DNA of 64,000 bases from an uncultured Gammaproteobacteria bacterium (GTDB lineage: Bacteria; Patescibacteriota; Microgenomatia; UBA12405). A model generated the notes under the pieces. The model did not search any database, was not told the DNA's origin, and saw only the letters and a program-made list of their open reading frames with translations. How positions within the stretch are numbered: position 1 is the first letter of the stretch; the number at the start of each line of letters is the position of its first letter. This document shows, piece after piece, positions 60,598 through 64,000 of the stretch. The stretch is taken from positions 49,576-113,575 of the forward strand of contig CAZIZX010000001.1 of assembly GCA_964544275.1 (NCBI GenBank), in the 5' to 3' direction. A program made the translations under genes and the position numbers.

Positions 60598-61227
60598 ATG
60601 TCCAGAATTACTCTCGATGCCAAATGCCGCCTTTGTCGTGCTGAGGGCACCAAGCTCTATCTTAAAGGCGATCGATGCTTTACCAAATGTCCTATCGACA
60701 AAAAAGGTGCTGTCAAGCCAGGCATGCACGGTCTAAAACGCGCCCAAAAATCATCAGATTATGGTCTACAGCTTCGGGCCAAACAAAAAGCCAAAAGACT
60801 TTATGGTGTTCAGGAAACTCAGTTTAGAAACTATTTTCAACAGGCCAAGAAAATTAAGGGCTTAGTCGGCGACAACTTACTGACACTTTTAGAAAACAGA
60901 CTCGACAACATCGTTTACCAGTCTGGGTTGGCCTTATCTCGTAATCACGCTAAGCAATTAATCAGCCACCGCCACGTTTTAGTTAATGACAAAATCCTAA
61001 ACGTCAATTCCTATTCAGCCAAAATCGGTGATGTCATCAGCCTGGATTCACCAGCTAAAGAACTTGCCAAGGACAACCCTAGACTTCAAGACAAAGATTT
61101 TTCCCCTCCTGCCTGGATGGAAAAATCCAAAAAAGACGCCAATGTCAAAATTATCAGCTTACCTCAAATATCAGAGCTGAATAATGGCGTTGATATTAAT
61201 TTAATAGTTGAATATTATTCAAGATAA
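60598..61227 (+). CDS. rpsD: 30S ribosomal protein S4
   Basis: N-terminal Cys cluster (CRLCRAEG ... CFTKC) and the S4 RNA-binding domain. I chose the ATG at 60598, after the S11 stop. Confidence 0.9.
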   Translation: MSRITLDAKCRLCRAEGTKLYLKGDRCFTKCPIDKKGAVKPGMHGLKRAQKSSDYGLQLRAKQKAKRLYGVQETQFRNYFQQAKKIKGLVGDNLLTLLENRLDNIVYQSGLALSRNHAKQLISHRHVLVNDKILNVNSYSAKIGDVISLDSPAKELAKDNPRLQDKDFSPPAWMEKSKKDANVKIISLPQISELNNGVDINLIVEYYSR

Positions 61228-61242
61228 TACAAGGAGACCATC

Positions 61243-62160
61243 ATGATAGACACCAATAAATTTAACATCAAAACGATTCTGGCAGAATCTAATTATGGTA
61301 AGTTTGAATTAAGCCCGCTGGTTGGTGGATTTGGCCATACTTTAGGTAATAGTCTTCGACGTGTTTTATTAATCACTGTTCCAGGCGCTGCCATTACTCG
61401 AATCAAGATTGATGGTGCTAACCACATATTTACCAGTTTGCCTGGAGTCAAAGAAGATTTAGTCGAAATTTCCCTAAATCTCAAGAAAGTTAAGTTCATC
61501 TACAACAGAGAAGAGCCCACCACCCTTCTTCTCGACAAAACCGGCCCTGGGATCGTTACTGCTGGTGATATTACCCAAAACGACCTTTGTAAAATCGCCA
61601 ACCCCGATCAGGTTATCGCCACTCTTTCAGACAGCAAATCGTCACTTCGTATCGAACTGACTGTCGAAAGGGGAGTCGGCTATACTCTTGCCAAAGAACA
61701 AAAAACTGATATTGTTGGTGAAATCATTCTCGATGCTGCTTTTTCACCTATTACCAAAGCTAATTATACCGTTGATCCTACCCGCCTTGGCAAAAAATCC
61801 AACTACGACAAATTAACTATGGAGATTTGGACTGATGGTTCTATCGGACCTCTCCAGGCTCTAAAATTTGCCGCCAAAGATTTAATTAATTCTTACAGCC
61901 AAATTGTCGACCCCAAGGAATTCGACGAGGAAATAATTACCATTGCCTCCTCCCCCATGTCACAGGGGGCCGATATTTCTATCGAAGAAATCGAATTGCC
62001 TCTTCGGGTTACCAATGCCCTCAAAAAAGCCGGCTATACCAGTATTGACACTCTCATCAAAGCTGGTCGTCTCGAAGTCAGCAAAGCCAAAAATGTTGGT
62101 GAAAAATCATTAAAAATTATTGATGCCTGGTTAAAAGAGAAGGGCTTTACCTGGAAATAA
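61243..62160 (+). CDS. rpoA: DNA-directed RNA polymerase subunit alpha
   Basis: AAGGAG RBS. N-terminal dimerisation domain (GHTLGNSLRRVLL) and C-terminal domain (LPLRVTNALKKAG). 305 aa. Confidence 0.9.
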   Translation: MIDTNKFNIKTILAESNYGKFELSPLVGGFGHTLGNSLRRVLLITVPGAAITRIKIDGANHIFTSLPGVKEDLVEISLNLKKVKFIYNREEPTTLLLDKTGPGIVTAGDITQNDLCKIANPDQVIATLSDSKSSLRIELTVERGVGYTLAKEQKTDIVGEIILDAAFSPITKANYTVDPTRLGKKSNYDKLTMEIWTDGSIGPLQALKFAAKDLINSYSQIVDPKEFDEEIITIASSPMSQGADISIEEIELPLRVTNALKKAGYTSIDTLIKAGRLEVSKAKNVGEKSLKIIDAWLKEKGFTWK

Positions 62161-62161
62161 A

Positions 62162-62602
62162 ATGACCAATCGCGTATTTGGCAAAAAACTAGGTCGCAAC
62201 CACAACGAGCGTCAAGCTTTATTCAAATCTCTTGCCAAAAGTATGTTTATTCATGGCCAAATTGAAACTACCGAGGCCAAAGCCAAGGCGGTCACTCCTC
62301 TGATAGAAAAATTATGTAGCGTCGCCCTAAAAAAAGACCTGTCAGCCTATCGTTATTTTCACGCTGCTTTCCAAAACAAAAAACTGGCTACTCAATCAGT
62401 TCTGGCGGTAAACCAATCATTTGCGAGTAAAAGTTCTAATTTCACCAAATTAACCCGCGTCAAAAGAAGACAGGGAGATGATGCTTTAATTGTCAAGATG
62501 TCATTCACCAGCCCTTATTCCATCGAAAAGAAACAGGAAAAAGTTACCAAAGAAACTCCGGCAAAACCCAAAAAAGTTAGAGTTAAAAAAGACCAAAAAT
62601 GA
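62162..62602 (+). CDS. rplQ: 50S ribosomal protein L17
   Basis: L17 family (NHNERQALFKSLAKSMFIHGQIETT) with a Lys-rich C-terminal extension. 146 aa. Confidence 0.85.
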   Translation: MTNRVFGKKLGRNHNERQALFKSLAKSMFIHGQIETTEAKAKAVTPLIEKLCSVALKKDLSAYRYFHAAFQNKKLATQSVLAVNQSFASKSSNFTKLTRVKRRQGDDALIVKMSFTSPYSIEKKQEKVTKETPAKPKKVRVKKDQK

Positions 62603-63024
62603 AACCAAAAACAACCGTAGCCAAAGGAAATAATCCCAGAAGATCGTGGCATCTAATTGATTTATCTGGCCAGACATTAGGCCGTGCTTCTTCAGAAATT
62701 GCCGAACTTCTAATCGGCAAGGATAAAGTTAATTTTTCTTATCATTCCGATCAGGGCGATTATGTTGTTGCTATCAATGCCTCTGAGATTGAAGTTACCG
62801 GCAAAAAAATGAAAGAAAAAATCTACTATCGCCACACCGGATACGCCGGCAATTTAAAGTCCCTCACTCTTGCTGAAATGATGTCCAAAGATCCAAGAAA
62901 AGTTATCATGCATGCCGTTGAAGGTATGGTTCCCAAAAACAGGCTTAGAAAAACCAGAATGACCAGATTAAAAGTTTTTGTCGGAGCAGAGCACAAATAT
63001 ACCGACAAATTATCAAATAAATAA
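62599..63024 (+). CDS. rplM: 50S ribosomal protein L13
   Basis: WHLIDLSGQTLGRASSEIAELLIGK ... L13 family. ATGA overlap with rplQ. Confidence 0.9.
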   Translation: MKPKTTVAKGNNPRRSWHLIDLSGQTLGRASSEIAELLIGKDKVNFSYHSDQGDYVVAINASEIEVTGKKMKEKIYYRHTGYAGNLKSLTLAEMMSKDPRKVIMHAVEGMVPKNRLRKTRMTRLKVFVGAEHKYTDKLSNK

Positions 63025-63025
63025 T

Positions 63026-63436
63026 ATGCCCAAAAAGTCCTCAGCTAATTATACTTTTGCGGTTGGCAGACGTCGCTCGGCCACAGCCAGTGTTAAGCTA
63101 TTTCCCGGTAATGGCAACTCTAAAGTCAACCAAACCTCGTTGGATAAATATTTTCCTGGCACAAAATCCCAACTTATTTACAACCAACCTTTTGTTGCCA
63201 CCGAAACCGCTGGTAAATACTATTACAGCGCCAAAGTTTCCGGAGGCGGAAAACAAGGCCAAATTGAAGCTCTCCAGCTTGCCTTATCCCGCGCTCTTCA
63301 GAAATCAGATCAAACAACTTTTACACCCCTACTTCGGTCCCAGGGCCTTCTCACCGTTGACTCTAGAGTTAAGGAAAGAAGGATGGTCGGTACTGGTGGT
63401 AAAGCCAGAAGACAAAAACAGTCACCAAAGCGTTAA
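63026..63436 (+). CDS. rpsI: 30S ribosomal protein S9
   Basis: FAVGRRRSATASV ... C-terminal GGKARRQKQSPKR. I chose the ATG at 63026, after the L13 stop. Confidence 0.9.
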   Translation: MPKKSSANYTFAVGRRRSATASVKLFPGNGNSKVNQTSLDKYFPGTKSQLIYNQPFVATETAGKYYYSAKVSGGGKQGQIEALQLALSRALQKSDQTTFTPLLRSQGLLTVDSRVKERRMVGTGGKARRQKQSPKR

Positions 63437-63479
63437 ACAATCTCTCCTTTTCATCTGAAAATAACGTTACAATAAGTAC

Positions 63480-64000
63480 ATGTCTAATCTCTCTATCATA
63501 GTTCTCGGAGTGGTTCAGGGAATAACTGAATTCATCCCGGTGTCATCTTCCGGCCATCTCAATCTATTCCAGTCTATATTTGGATTTTCTAATTTTTTGG
63601 ATTTAAACATATTTTTAAACACCGCCACCTTATTGTCTGTAATCATCTTCTTCAGAAACTACTCTGATTACTTTATGAAAAATCTCAAATTCATTCTCAT
63701 CGGCAGCTTGCCAATTATCGCTGTTGGCCTACTACTTAGAGATTCAATCAATAATATCTACGACTCTCCATTGCTTCTCCCGCCCTTTTTCCTCATCACT
63801 TCTCTTCTTGTACTTCTTACCCGGGTTATCCCCTCAAAAAACTACCAACTCAATTATTCCAAAGCTCTTACCATTGGTCTATTTCAAGCCGTTGCTATTT
63901 TACCCGGTATTTCCCGCTCTGGTGCTACTATACTCGCCGCCCTTTTGTTGGGACTAAGTCGCAAACAAGCCTTCTATTTTTCCTTTTCCCTGTTTATTCC
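63480..64000 (+). CDS. uppP: undecaprenyl-diphosphate phosphatase UppP/BacA (3' partial, runs off the window end)
   Basis: Frame starting at the ATG at 63480 is open to the window end. It has the VQGITEFIPVSSSGHL and ILPGISRSGATI UppP motifs and multiple TM helices. Not in the ORF track, which lists a different-frame ORF at 63724-63957. Confidence 0.8.
   Translation, partial: MSNLSIIVLGVVQGITEFIPVSSSGHLNLFQSIFGFSNFLDLNIFLNTATLLSVIIFFRNYSDYFMKNLKFILIGSLPIIAVGLLLRDSINNIYDSPLLLPPFFLITSLLVLLTRVIPSKNYQLNYSKALTIGLFQAVAILPGISRSGATILAALLLGLSRKQAFYFSFSLFI

Noticed and set aside
63724-63957. 77-aa ORF in the track at the 3' end of the window
   Set aside because: It is in a different frame from the open, motif-bearing UppP frame that starts at 63480, and it is hydrophobic shadow sequence.
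1-64000. Alternative genetic code (UGA recoding, as in SR1/Gracilibacteria)
   Set aside because: Large conserved proteins (rpoB, rpoC, fusA, dnaK) translate full-length with the standard code. Genes also end at TGA/TAA/TAG positions that match the expected protein lengths.
1-64000. CRISPR arrays, transposases, integrases, phage genes, rRNA/tRNA genes
   Set aside because: I saw no short direct-repeat arrays, no transposase/integrase-like ORFs, and no rRNA- or tRNA-like sequences in the intergenic gaps I inspected. The window appears to be core chromosome.

Overview
This 64 kb window is a gene-dense, low-GC bacterial chromosome segment, almost entirely housekeeping genes. It uses the standard genetic code: no in-frame TGA interrupts conserved genes. 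Several traits fit a reduced-genome lineage such as the Candidate Phyla Radiation (Patescibacteria): no L30 gene between S5 and L15, a minimal IF-2, an AlaRS lacking its C-terminal domain, a DnaJ without a zinc finger, and very short or overlapping gene junctions. I treat this placement as an inference.

Positions 1-30.7 kb form one co-directional (+) block: a UvrD-type helicase fused to a RecB-type nuclease (5' partial), dut, alr, rmuC, the heat-shock operon hrcA-grpE-dnaK-dnaJ, nusA-infB, rpsO-pnp, a Lon-derived AAA+ ATPase with no protease domain, family-4 uracil-DNA glycosylase, RNase J, proS, ftsK, a RodZ-like protein, YtxH-like small membrane proteins, alaS, a bitopic actin-like membrane protein translationally coupled to a sortase, ruvX and mltG.

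Positions 30.7-33.6 kb hold a convergent MiaB-family radical-SAM enzyme, a small secreted protein ending in a sortase-type sorting signal, and a Pro-rich membrane protein carrying an extracellular VWC-like cysteine module.

Positions 33.7-64 kb hold rpoB-rpoC, then rpsL-rpsG. The str operon is interrupted here by three non-ribosomal genes: a PilM-N/LytR_C bitopic protein, rfbB, and a divergent FAD oxidoreductase. It then continues with fusA-tuf, followed by a complete S10-spc-alpha ribosomal protein cluster (including an L36 gene absent from the ORF track) and the 5' part of uppP.

I recognised no rRNA, tRNA, CRISPR array, transposase or integrase. The most unusual items are the stand-alone Lon AAA+ module, the sortase locus, the VWC-like module, the divergent EF-Tu switch I, a zinc-ribbon version of ribosomal protein L24, and the interrupted str operon.
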